The notes beneath the pieces were generated by a model, which was not told where the DNA came from, ran no database searches, and saw only the letters and a program-made list of their open reading frames with translations. A stretch of DNA of 64,000 nt from Oligoflexia bacterium (GTDB lineage: Bacteria > Bdellovibrionota > UBA1018). Positions 1 through 9,640 of this stretch are shown here, in pieces (the first letter of the stretch is position 1; each line of letters opens with the position of its first letter). The DNA lies in assembly GCA_963758495.1 (NCBI GenBank), contig CAVWVI010000001.1, positions 288,001-352,000 on the forward strand. Reading direction: 5' to 3'. Both the position numbers and the translations under genes were made by a program.

Positions 1-512
1 GTGATTTGCATGAGTCCGCGAGCACTTTTCGAGTTCTTTTTATTTGCGAGCACTGTCGGATCAAACCCAGATTCGGATGCGATCAGCGCCTTGACGAGAT
101 TAGGATCCAACGGAACATCGGACTTCATCACATCATTCCAATACTGCACCCAGCCTGCAATAAAATCATCATACTTACTGCCATTAGTCCCAAATTTTAG
201 AGATAGGGCACAGGGTCGATTCTTCACTTTGGAAAAGTTATTCTTTGCAATTTCTTGAATTTCTGCTGGGTACAGCTGATCCTTGCTAGACGGATTCCGC
301 GCACAGTGTTCGTGGCGAGTTGTTATAGAACCATTTGGGTTCGTTTTACTCGGAGGAACGTGCATCGGATGCGTTTTGACCCAATGTTCTCCATAAGGAC
401 ACACTCTCCATGGATGAACTGGCGGCAAAGGTTGCTTAGATGCCTTTGGTTTTCGAGGTACAACTTTTGACTTTGGTTTCTTGCTCTTTTGTTTTACTAC
501 TTTTTTAGGCAC
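1..512 (-). CDS. SLT/lytic transglycosylase-like protein, partial (runs off window start); paralog of 2539-3417
   Basis: Manual translation from GTG at 512: ...VHPWRVCPYGEHWVKTHPMHVPPS...YDDFIAGWVQYWND...LVKALIASESGF...ARGLMQI. Has the SLT ES and GLMQ motifs. Not in the ORF track because it is truncated. Confidence 0.8.
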   Translation of the reverse strand, partial: MPKKVVKQKSKKPKSKVVPRKPKASKQPLPPVHPWRVCPYGEHWVKTHPMHVPPSKTNPNGSITTRHEHCARNPSSKDQLYPAEIQEIAKNNFSKVKNRPCALSLKFGTNGSKYDDFIAGWVQYWNDVMKSDVPLDPNLVKALIASESGFDPTVLANKKNSKSARGLMQI

Positions 513-750
513 AGTGGCTCACCTTTGAGATTTATCGAGAAAGTTCTAAGTGCAACATATCAAATCTTTTTTTTAAAAGAATGCATTATGATCTGATCAA
601 TAGCTTAAAGTTTGCCCTTCCAACGCTCAAAGATCCGCTGAATGGTGCCATGGTTCCACGAAACTCGACCTTCCCTGTTTTTCAGGCCCTTGGACTCCAT
701 CGCTTCTCCAATCCTCTTGAACGACAACCCTTTTTTTTACCTAAAGGAGG

Positions 751-1947
751 TTGCTCGTGGGTTACTACGTCCGATCTCTTACTTGGAAAAAATCTCATCC
801 CCAGTGGAAGCTTCAATTTATTTCCTACCGGATGGAGGACTGCCAAAAGTCCGGCGCAAAAAAACGAAAAAAGGAATGGGCCATCACACCCGAGCGATGG
901 CGAAGCATTGGATTCCATTCCCAGATGACATTCGAAGATGCCAGATGCCGCGCAAGCCAACTTAATGCACAGACTCTCCTAAAGGGCCAAGAGGAACGAA
1001 TAAAAAAAGATACAATTACGACTTTAAAATTACGAAATCAAAAAGCCGCCAAAATTCCTGACGAATTTGCCTCTGAATTTGAGCACAGATTTATTCGTAC
1101 TAGAGATAGTGAAACTGAATCAGGAAAGAGACGAATGAGTCGGGCCCAAAATCTCTGGCGGGCTGCCCAACGAATGATCTCAGCCATTCGTCACGAACCT
1201 TCTGAGTGGTTCTATTACGTTCCGGATATTTATGACTATTTCCACGAAAAACAATACAGCGTTCGATACATCAGTGCAGTTTTAAAAATGGCAAATCTCT
1301 GGGGATTTTTTATTGCTCGAAAAACAGCAAAGCCTTTTCATCCCATTTCACATCCAAAAGGATATGAACGACAGAGATTGATCGAAGCTTATTACAAGAA
1401 GACTCGAAATACCAGACGCCCCTCAAAGGTGCTTCTGCCAATCCAGCTGGAGGCCGTTTACACAAAAATGAATCATCCTAATTTTAACTGGCTCTTTCTT
1501 TCTGTCTGGTTAGGCCTAAGACCCCAAGAAGTCAGTAACCTCAACGATCGAAGTCTATGGTTTATTGAAACTTTGTCCACAGGTAGGATTATTCTTTGGA
1601 TCTATCAAACAAAAATCGTCGCTCTACCTCCTGAAGATCGCTGGAAACCAATTCCCATTCTTTACGATGAACAGCGGTTCTCACTTCGGATCATCCAGGC
1701 ACGCACGTTTAAACGCCCCATTGCAAAAACGATGAGATCCTATTTCGGATATGGAACTGATCTCTATGCTGGACGAAAAGGTTTTGTAGATCTAATGCTC
1801 TCCAAAGGGCAATCCCTAGAAAACATCAGCATATGGATGGGACACACTACACTCGATCGCACATGGAGAAGCTATAAAAACAAACAGAAATTTCACTTTC
1901 AAAGAGATAGTTTCTTGTCGACAGGAATAAATAGAGGGGTCACTTAG
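751..1947 (+). CDS. Tyrosine recombinase/integrase family protein
   Basis: LGLRPQEV (Arg I), LYAGRKG (Arg II region), MGHTTLDRTWRSY (His...Tyr nucleophile). Confidence 0.8.
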   Translation: MLVGYYVRSLTWKKSHPQWKLQFISYRMEDCQKSGAKKRKKEWAITPERWRSIGFHSQMTFEDARCRASQLNAQTLLKGQEERIKKDTITTLKLRNQKAAKIPDEFASEFEHRFIRTRDSETESGKRRMSRAQNLWRAAQRMISAIRHEPSEWFYYVPDIYDYFHEKQYSVRYISAVLKMANLWGFFIARKTAKPFHPISHPKGYERQRLIEAYYKKTRNTRRPSKVLLPIQLEAVYTKMNHPNFNWLFLSVWLGLRPQEVSNLNDRSLWFIETLSTGRIILWIYQTKIVALPPEDRWKPIPILYDEQRFSLRIIQARTFKRPIAKTMRSYFGYGTDLYAGRKGFVDLMLSKGQSLENISIWMGHTTLDRTWRSYKNKQKFHFQRDSFLSTGINRGVT

Positions 1948-2542
1948 AACTGAATCGGGGGGATCCAATATCACAGTCTCCTTCGAAGTAGGAGTAACAA
2001 CCTTTCCTGGTCTTGAACTTATCCCAGGTCCAAGCATGAATAGCCTTTAAGGCTCCGTCAATCTTCTCTTTACGTTCACCCTCGTTCTCAGCATAGAAAC
2101 ACACGAATTTCTCAGCCCGGGTCAACTTCTTCCATTTTTTTACATAATCACGGCAAAATGTTACGGGCAGTGCACGCCGCTCAAAGAAGCCATGAATCTC
2201 ACCGTCCCGCTCGGCCCAAGTCTCAAGATCGCACAAAGTCTCAACCAGATGTGAAGGCCCTCTTCCATCTGTACCCCTCCAAGTGCGATATTTATTCTTC
2301 ACGTTTTTTACTGGAAAACACTGCCAAAAAAGCGCTCCCGATTGCCCGCCTTTTGGATTATAGAGTACGGGCTTGCGCCGACGAGTATCATAAGCGAGAT
2401 CGTCTTCGGTTAGAACTTCGTAGCTAGGAGTGAGAAGTGCATAGGGATACTTCATTGAGTAGGGTGGTATATTAGAAAGTGGAATCGCAAATGCCGAGCT
2501 TAGAAAAGCAAATAAAAGGAAGTACGGTGTCATCAAATTCAT
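1940..2542 (-). CDS. Secreted Cys-containing hypothetical protein
   Basis: Signal-peptide-like N-terminus. Start overlaps the stop of the upstream SLT gene. Confidence 0.65.
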   Translation of the reverse strand: MNLMTPYFLLFAFLSSAFAIPLSNIPPYSMKYPYALLTPSYEVLTEDDLAYDTRRRKPVLYNPKGGQSGALFWQCFPVKNVKNKYRTWRGTDGRGPSHLVETLCDLETWAERDGEIHGFFERRALPVTFCRDYVKKWKKLTRAEKFVCFYAENEGERKEKIDGALKAIHAWTWDKFKTRKGCYSYFEGDCDIGSPRFSSK

Positions 2543-3417
2543 TGCTTTAACTCTTTTAGACGTTCTCTAAAGTTTATCATTCCTTCTGGATTTTTATTTT
2601 TTCCTGAAAGCATATCATTGAGATAAGCCTTGTAATTAGCAATCGTTTCTTCCCACGTTGCCTCCCGTCCAAGCAGGTAAGTTGTCAATTTTCTTTTTTG
2701 AAATAACCATCGAATTCCAGCGCATAAGGTCACATTAGGGTCTAAAATATCTACCTCTTTTATCATGACCAGATGATCCTTTAGTTCTCCGTTGGGATTG
2801 CTAAGAGCCTGGATCGCCTCATCAGTTAATTGGATCAGACCGTGAGCTTTGCCTGCTTTACCGGCAGATACAGGCTTCGGGTTCGACTTGAATCGAGATT
2901 CCGAAGCGATTAATGCCTTGACTACGTCTGGATCAAGTAGAACCTCAGGTTTAAATATCTCATTCCAATATTTTGTCCAACCACGTATCAAATCATCATA
3001 TTTGTCAGCGTCTTCATATTGCTTCAGCTTTCCTCCTGCTGGAGATCCAGTAAGGCCGCTGAAGTAATCCTTGGCAATCCTGTGAATTTCTTCAGGGTGA
3101 ATGACGTCCTTGACCACCCGCTTATTCTTGCGTTGAGGATTCTTACAGCATCCCACAATACGGGTCGTGATTCCTTTTGGATTTTTTTCACTGGAAGGCA
3201 CATGCACTGGATGTGTACGCCTCCAATGTTGCCCTATAGGGCAAGTTCGCCACGGATGTACTTTTTCTTCAGCCTGGCTAGAGGACGAGGGCTTCGGAGC
3301 TGGAGGAGACCTCTTCTTATTTTCCTTTTTATTTTCCCTCCAGACACGTTTGACGATCTCACTTACCCCTCGGGTCAAAACTAATTCGGCCAATCTTTCA
3401 AAGATACCTTTCGCCAT
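2539..3417 (-). CDS. SLT/lytic transglycosylase-like protein with N-terminal Cys/His motif
   Basis: VKALIASESRF, AHGLIQL and NY motifs; N-terminal HPWRTCPIGQHW. Confidence 0.75.
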   Translation of the reverse strand: MAKGIFERLAELVLTRGVSEIVKRVWRENKKENKKRSPPAPKPSSSSQAEEKVHPWRTCPIGQHWRRTHPVHVPSSEKNPKGITTRIVGCCKNPQRKNKRVVKDVIHPEEIHRIAKDYFSGLTGSPAGGKLKQYEDADKYDDLIRGWTKYWNEIFKPEVLLDPDVVKALIASESRFKSNPKPVSAGKAGKAHGLIQLTDEAIQALSNPNGELKDHLVMIKEVDILDPNVTLCAGIRWLFQKRKLTTYLLGREATWEETIANYKAYLNDMLSGKNKNPEGMINFRERLKELKQ

Positions 3418-3499
3418 AAACTCAATCCTCTTAGTTTTACCTGTCGCGACCTATTTTCTTCTTGTCATTCTTTTCCGTGCATACGAAATAGCATATCGA

Positions 3500-3849
3500 C
3501 TGACTTTGCAAAAGCGCTCAGTCTCACAGCAGAAGTTGTTGAAAAGGACTACGTACTAGGTTGGGTGTTGGCTGGAATTAACAACACAGCTTCAATTGAA
3601 AGCAATTGGATTTTCAAAGGAGGGACATGTCTCAAAAAATGCTATTTCGAAACTTACAGTTTTTCAGAGGACCTAGACTTCACTCTCTCAGATGAAGCTC
3701 AACTAAATGAGGATTTTCTAACCCAACATTTTTCTGAAATAGCTGATTGGGTCTACGACAATACTGGTATTCAAGTCCTAAAAAATTTGACCAAGTTTGA
3801 TATCCATCCTGATCCAAGGAAAAAATACGTTGAAGGTAAAATTCGATAG
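3500..3849 (+). pseudogene. AbiEii-like nucleotidyltransferase toxin fragment
   Basis: VVEKDYVLGW...WIFKGGTCLKKCY...FSEDLDF. Only ~110 aa and no antitoxin nearby. Start is approximate. Confidence 0.75.
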
Positions 3850-4112
3850 CCTACATATTCTCCTTAACTCCCTTCTTGAGAAGAATCTTCTTGCTACATG
3901 GAATGGGCCCTGAAAATGCACACACGTTTAAAAGGATTACTCAAATTTTTGGATTCAAATATGATTTATACATTGCTTAAAAGGCGCGTCAAAGAAGATT
4001 TCTTCGAAACAATGGCAATCTGAACAGAATTTGGTGCCTGTGACTCGGGCCAAATCAAGAGCCGCATAGACTTTTGAGGTATTCGAAAGGAGAAGACATT
4101 TCGTGACCGAAC

Positions 4113-4664
4113 TTGCTGCAAGTCAGCCCACCTGTTGGAGGATACTTGAACTGGGAAGCTCTTTGGCGTCCACAAACTTCATTAGTTGAAGTCGTATTTC
4201 GTTCGACCTTTATTTTCCTTTTCGTACACGTTGGATTTCGCATTCTCGGACGTAAGGAATGGACTAGGTATTCCACTTTCAACGTCTCAATTTTATTTCT
4301 AATTGCTGTTGCACTTCGTATGACCCTAGTCGGTAATGATACCTCCCTAACTGCCGGACTCGTTTCTCTAGTAACCATGCTTTTTGTCGACTGGCTCCTA
4401 TCCTATTTGACCTATAAGAGCGCTTCCTTCTCCAAATGGATTAATGGTCCAATTCGGCCTTTGATAGTGAAGGGAGTTTTAAATACGAATGAGATGCGCA
4501 AAGCGAGAATGTCAAAAGACTCAATTCTTTCCGAGCTAAGACTACGCGGACACTGGGACCTGAATGACGTAGAAGAGGCGCTTCTTGAACGAAATGGACA
4601 AATTTCATTCAAGCTCAAAACTTCTAGCGAGGGTTCCTCTACAGTGTACTACCCAAACTCTTGA
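4113..4664 (+). CDS. DUF421/YetF-family membrane protein
   Basis: Three TM segments followed by LRLRG...ALLERNGQIS. Confidence 0.8.
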   Translation: MLQVSPPVGGYLNWEALWRPQTSLVEVVFRSTFIFLFVHVGFRILGRKEWTRYSTFNVSILFLIAVALRMTLVGNDTSLTAGLVSLVTMLFVDWLLSYLTYKSASFSKWINGPIRPLIVKGVLNTNEMRKARMSKDSILSELRLRGHWDLNDVEEALLERNGQISFKLKTSSEGSSTVYYPNS

Positions 4665-4761
4665 CAAACCCTCAACCGGGAAACTACACGAACTTTTTTT
4701 GAAAGAATGCAGTTTGCAACCTAAAGCAACAATCCATGTTTCAACGCTTCTCATTAAAAAT

Positions 4762-4953
4762 TCACAATTCTAGTTGTCGCTTAACAAAATCTTTCCAAAA
4801 ATGAAAAGAAACAAGACCACCAAATACAAAGAGAGCTCCCAGCTTCAGGATTTCGCCGAGAGCACCCGTAAACTTAAAAAATCGATCCACGAGATCACTC
4901 TTCATTGAAGCTACGGCGAGGAGGCTAATTGAAAAAATCAGGAGTGGATTCAT
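4762..4953 (-). pseudogene. Membrane transporter (cation:proton antiporter-like) fragment
   Basis: Short hydrophobic ORF containing GEILKLGALFVFG. Confidence 0.35.
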
Positions 4954-5136
4954 ATATCAATTCAATTTCTCATAGAGCAACCCTCTTTTTTCCCGGAGCC
5001 AGGCCAAGTTGTTTATATTTTATTCACCGTTAAGACAATGGAATCACAGGCACCGGGTTATACCAAGTCCATTGCTCATAAAAGGGATCGTTCCGCAATA
5101 ACCCATAGCTTTGCCCCCACTTTCCCATCTAGATGA

Positions 5137-6070
5137 TTAGGCTGCAAACTTTTCCGCCTCCTTCTTTTTTGGAACTAGCCCAAATCCTGGTACTGACGGA
5201 TCAGGTTTCAAAAGACCGTTTACTGGCCTTAAGGCACCATCGAACAACATTTGCTCAATGCGAACATGATCGTGAAAATATTCTAAATGTCGAACCTTCT
5301 TCGAGTGGCACCCTAAAGCCACGTGCACACTGGGTGCACAATGCCCAGAGAGCGGAAAGTGGGCAGCTTCGGCAATCCCGAGAACTTTTAAGAACCCGGT
5401 AATCCCGCAACAACGAGTAGCATCTACTTGAACGACATCCACTGCTTTCTTGGTCATCATTCGAAGAAAATACTCTGAATCGAAACCATACTCTCCCGCC
5501 GCGATGTCCATTTTGGAGGGTACCTTGTTTCTTATCCATCTCAGCCCTTCCAAATCATCGGAGGAGACCGGTTCCTCGAACCACGAAACACTCATTTCGG
5601 AAAACTGCTCCGCCAACACTACTGCTTGTTTTCGATCATAAGCTCCATTGGCATCCACAAAAAGTTCTGCCTGCATTCCTATAGCTCGTCTTGCTTGCCG
5701 GACCCTCGATAGGTCTTGATCCGAATTACGCCCTACTTTCATCTTTACACGAGGAATTCCTTTTTCTACCCACCCACCCAGCTGGCTCTCTAAGTCTTTC
5801 ATAGAATAGGACGTAAAACCCCCACTGCCATAAATCGGGACTTCATCTCGCTCGGCTCCCAGGAGCTTGTGAACAGCAAGTCCCAGAAGTTTTGCTTTAA
5901 GATCCCAGAGGGCGAAATCCACTGCAGCAATCGCCATGGATGATATCCCGGGACGACCCGTGTTTCGGACTGATCGAATCATCGAGTTCCAAGCATTGGG
6001 AATGTCTAATGCTTCTTTCCCCAAGATTTCTGGCTTTAGCTTTTCTTTGATTATGCCCGCAATTTCCTTA
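5137..6070 (-). pseudogene. Mandelate racemase/muconate lactonizing (enolase superfamily) protein, N-terminally truncated
   Basis: AVDFALWDLKAK, KMKVG, VDAN, WFEEP and GE motifs. The frame is closed by TAA near 6107, so the N-terminus is missing. Confidence 0.75.
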
Positions 6071-6215
6071 ACTCCAAAAGTGCCGTTCGGCGGATCGAAT
6101 CTTTTTTATTTAAAACCTAATTAACCCCATTGAGACCAATATTTGCATTTTGAGTAATACATGGAAAAAATGACCTTTATCACCTTTGCTGAACCTCAGG
6201 AATAGGATTCACACG

Positions 6216-7277
6216 ATGAAAAATTTCTTGCGCAGACAAAAAAGGAATCGCGTGATTATTGTCACCGGAGCAGCCGCCGGAGTTGGGCGAGCGATTGCAC
6301 GAGAGTTTGGAAAAGAGCGAGCTAGGGTTGGTCTAATTGCCAGGAATCAAGAGAGTTTGGAAGCTGCCAAAAGTGAAATTGAGTCTATGGGCGGACAGGC
6401 ACTCGTTTTACCTTTAGACGTTTCTAACTCAGAGGCAATAGAAAGAGCTACACAGCAAGTTGAAGATACGTTCGGTCCAATTGATGTTTGGATTAACGAC
6501 GCGATGGTCTCAGTATTCTCCCCCGCCGAAGAAATGCAACCAGAAGAATTTAAAAGGGTCACTGAAGTTACCTATCTCGGATATGTCTATGGAACTCTGG
6601 CCGCTCTAAAAAGAATGAGACCACGCAACCATGGGATCATCATTCAAATTGGATCAGCGCTGGCCTATCGGAGTATCCCACTTCAATCGGCTTATTGCGC
6701 AGCCAAACATGCAATCGCCGGCTTCACCGAGTCTCTCAGAACAGAGTTGCTGCACCAAAAAAGTGAAGTAAAAGTTTGCCAAATAAACCTCCCGGCAGTC
6801 AATACACCTCAATTTAGTTGGGTTAAATCAAGGCTTCCTCGTCATCCCCATCCGGTCCCACCCATTTACCAACCCGAGATGATTGCTCGCGCCGTTCGAC
6901 ATATTTCCCACCATCCAAGAAGACGACTCGATATCGCCTTTTCAACTGTCAAAGCAATCTTGGCCGAAAAATTTGCGCCTGCGTTCGCTGATCGCTATTT
7001 AGCAAAGTACGGATATTCCTCTCAACAAACGGGCCAATCTGTTCAGAAAGATCGGAAGGACAATCTTTGGGCTCCGGTTCCAGGAGACTATGGAGCTCAC
7101 GGAATCTTTGATTCGCAAGCGCGGAACTCGAGTCCGACACTCTGGCTTGACATCCATCGTCTTCCTATTTTTATGGGTTTAGGAGCAATCCTAGTTGCAG
7201 CAATAGGCATCGGATTGCGCTCAAGGTCGAAACAAGTTCTAATAAAGGAATTCAAGGAACAAAAACTCGCTGCTTAA
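6216..7277 (+). CDS. SDR family oxidoreductase with C-terminal hydrophobic tail
   Basis: TGAAAGVG Rossmann motif and YCAAK catalytic motif. Confidence 0.9.
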   Translation: MKNFLRRQKRNRVIIVTGAAAGVGRAIAREFGKERARVGLIARNQESLEAAKSEIESMGGQALVLPLDVSNSEAIERATQQVEDTFGPIDVWINDAMVSVFSPAEEMQPEEFKRVTEVTYLGYVYGTLAALKRMRPRNHGIIIQIGSALAYRSIPLQSAYCAAKHAIAGFTESLRTELLHQKSEVKVCQINLPAVNTPQFSWVKSRLPRHPHPVPPIYQPEMIARAVRHISHHPRRRLDIAFSTVKAILAEKFAPAFADRYLAKYGYSSQQTGQSVQKDRKDNLWAPVPGDYGAHGIFDSQARNSSPTLWLDIHRLPIFMGLGAILVAAIGIGLRSRSKQVLIKEFKEQKLAA

Positions 7278-9640
7278 GCCACTTTGCTTTCCGGTCGCTG
7301 GGCCTCTGGTACATCAGCAACACGAATATTTCCGGTTATCTTTTGAACCTGCCAGCGAGTCTTCATGGAACTTTGCGTGTCGCTCTCCCTCCAAAAGTGA
7401 ATTTTCAAACAACTCGATCCCACTCGTAAGTTCTCAAGGGTCATCCATGAAATCCAGTCAGGTAAAACGGGGTCCAAGTAAAGCACTCCCAAATCTGCGC
7501 ACGGTCTGATCCCTAAAATCGTTTGAATAAACTGAGAAATTGCCGAAACTGACCACGTCTGTAAGAGGTTTGCGAAATTGTACATTCCTGGGACTGGAAA
7601 TTCAGGACATCGCGAGTGACCTCCAAAAACCTCAGGCAATCTCATATGCTGAAATAGAGCAGCAAGACTGAGTTGGCCACCCATAATCTGATTGGCTTGA
7701 TCGTGAAACCCCAGGAGTGCCATTCCATCCGCGATAATCGCGTTCTCAACCGGCCAGACGGAACCCCGATGATAAGAAAAGGGATCGTAAGCGGGATTCT
7801 GTGAAGAAAGAGTTCGAACTCCCCATCCAGAAAACAGATCTTCATTCATCAATCCGGCAATCACACTGTTCACGCGGGACGACTCTATGATTCCGGTACC
7901 TAGACAATGCCCAATATTTGAAGCCTTGGATCTCAAAGGGCATCCTCTCTCATCGAGAGCAAGAGCATAAAAGGTGTTCTCCTCTGTCCAAAAACACTGA
8001 TTGAATCTTACTTTCAAGGCTTTTGCTTCCGAACGCAGTAACTCCTGATCTACCTTGGAATCCACAACTGACAGTAGCTCAGCCGCTTCGTTCAAGGCTT
8101 GATAAGCATAACCCTGAATTTCAGCCAACGCTAAAGGTGGAACCTGAATATGACCCTCATTGTCGACAATTGCATCACCTGAATCTTTCCACGCTTGGTT
8201 ACGATTCTCATCGTCCAGCGATGCCGAGGCGGGTGCATAGTAAATAAACCCATCCCCCTTTTTTAGGCGACGAATGATCCAATGACAGCACCTTTCAATA
8301 GTCTGCAAATGCCGCTTGATCAAGTCTCGCTCTCCCGTCCAGCGGTAAAGGCTAGAAAGCGCCAATATCCAAAAGGGGGTCGAAGTGACATCTCCAAAAT
8401 AGAGATTACGATTCATTTTTCCAACTTCTGATTGAGGATTAAGCCTTCTTTCGTGAAGCATCCGATCCGGCTCTTCATCACGCCAATCATCAAATTGAAT
8501 CCCTTGATAAAGAGCAACCCTTTCGAGTGCAGGTTCAAGAAACTGGGGCTCAAATAGAATACTTTGCCATCCTGAAATCACTGTATCTCTACCGAACAGT
8601 CCTATATAACGGGGAACACCCGCAATGAACCCAATATAGCGATTAGAATTTTCAATCTCTTCATTATTAAAGAGAGGTAACCTCAGGGTTCGAAGATCCG
8701 ACATGGCTTGGCCGACTAGAAGATTCAGTGTAGAATGACTACTGGAGAAACGAAGGGAATCCTGAGGAATATCTGCTTCCGCACGAGGGAGTGGTAATAA
8801 GCCATCCATATTCGGTGCACTCATTCGGACGCCATCAATCAGCGGCTCATAGCCGAGCTGAAGACAGATTTCTTCCCTCGGCCCAAGCTGAGCCCTAAGC
8901 TGAATTCGAGTTTGCCTTCCTCCCAGAATCTTAATCTTGGCTCTCGGATGCCCCGGTCTTAAGGAAACGGAAAGATCTAATCCTCGGATGACAGGGTCGC
9001 CATCTTTCGGAGTATGGGATCCATAAATTGCTCTCAATTCTTGAGTTGGGGTTCTTTTTCGCCTTCCAAAATTCCTTTCATAATGAAGTAAAAGATCGTC
9101 TGAACGTTCTGAGAGCTTGGGGCGAACACCTCGAACATTTAACTTTTTATCTCTTTTCATTTCCTCATCAAATTCACTGTCATGTATCGGGCATGCAATT
9201 TTAAGTTCAAGATGAATTTTTCTTTTTGGAATACCGTTATTTTTAACAAAGAGTTGTTCAGATACACCCTGGTCGCATTTGCGAAGAATTCGAGTTTCAA
9301 TTGAGCCTTTTGGGAGCGTTCCCTCAGGGAGATTGCCAGAATCCCCAGAATTGAGAATCGCTCCGGTACTCGTCCACTCGTTTGCTGAAAGCTGGACGGA
9401 AAACCGATGGCTAATTGGTTCTCCATTGACCCTAATTTCGTATGCAGTCATGAGTCTGGTCTCGGCACAAAAGAGACCCTGCAAGGGCTCACCTTGCATC
9501 TCCCCATGATTGTCGGTTGTAAAGCGGGTCCAGCCTTTGAAGAATGTAATAGTCTCGGGCTCAACTCGGGCTTGTGCAAAAATTCCATGAAGTGTTGCTG
9601 TTTCAGGAAGCGATACTTTTTTTAAAGCTCTATTGTTCAT
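7274..9640 (-). CDS. Amylo-alpha-1,6-glucosidase / glycogen-debranching family protein
   Basis: AGVPRYIGLFGRD, NQAWKDS, YHRGSVWP and RLPE motifs. Confidence 0.85.
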   Translation of the reverse strand: MNNRALKKVSLPETATLHGIFAQARVEPETITFFKGWTRFTTDNHGEMQGEPLQGLFCAETRLMTAYEIRVNGEPISHRFSVQLSANEWTSTGAILNSGDSGNLPEGTLPKGSIETRILRKCDQGVSEQLFVKNNGIPKRKIHLELKIACPIHDSEFDEEMKRDKKLNVRGVRPKLSERSDDLLLHYERNFGRRKRTPTQELRAIYGSHTPKDGDPVIRGLDLSVSLRPGHPRAKIKILGGRQTRIQLRAQLGPREEICLQLGYEPLIDGVRMSAPNMDGLLPLPRAEADIPQDSLRFSSSHSTLNLLVGQAMSDLRTLRLPLFNNEEIENSNRYIGFIAGVPRYIGLFGRDTVISGWQSILFEPQFLEPALERVALYQGIQFDDWRDEEPDRMLHERRLNPQSEVGKMNRNLYFGDVTSTPFWILALSSLYRWTGERDLIKRHLQTIERCCHWIIRRLKKGDGFIYYAPASASLDDENRNQAWKDSGDAIVDNEGHIQVPPLALAEIQGYAYQALNEAAELLSVVDSKVDQELLRSEAKALKVRFNQCFWTEENTFYALALDERGCPLRSKASNIGHCLGTGIIESSRVNSVIAGLMNEDLFSGWGVRTLSSQNPAYDPFSYHRGSVWPVENAIIADGMALLGFHDQANQIMGGQLSLAALFQHMRLPEVFGGHSRCPEFPVPGMYNFANLLQTWSVSAISQFIQTILGIRPCADLGVLYLDPVLPDWISWMTLENLRVGSSCLKIHFWRESDTQSSMKTRWQVQKITGNIRVADVPEAQRPESKVA

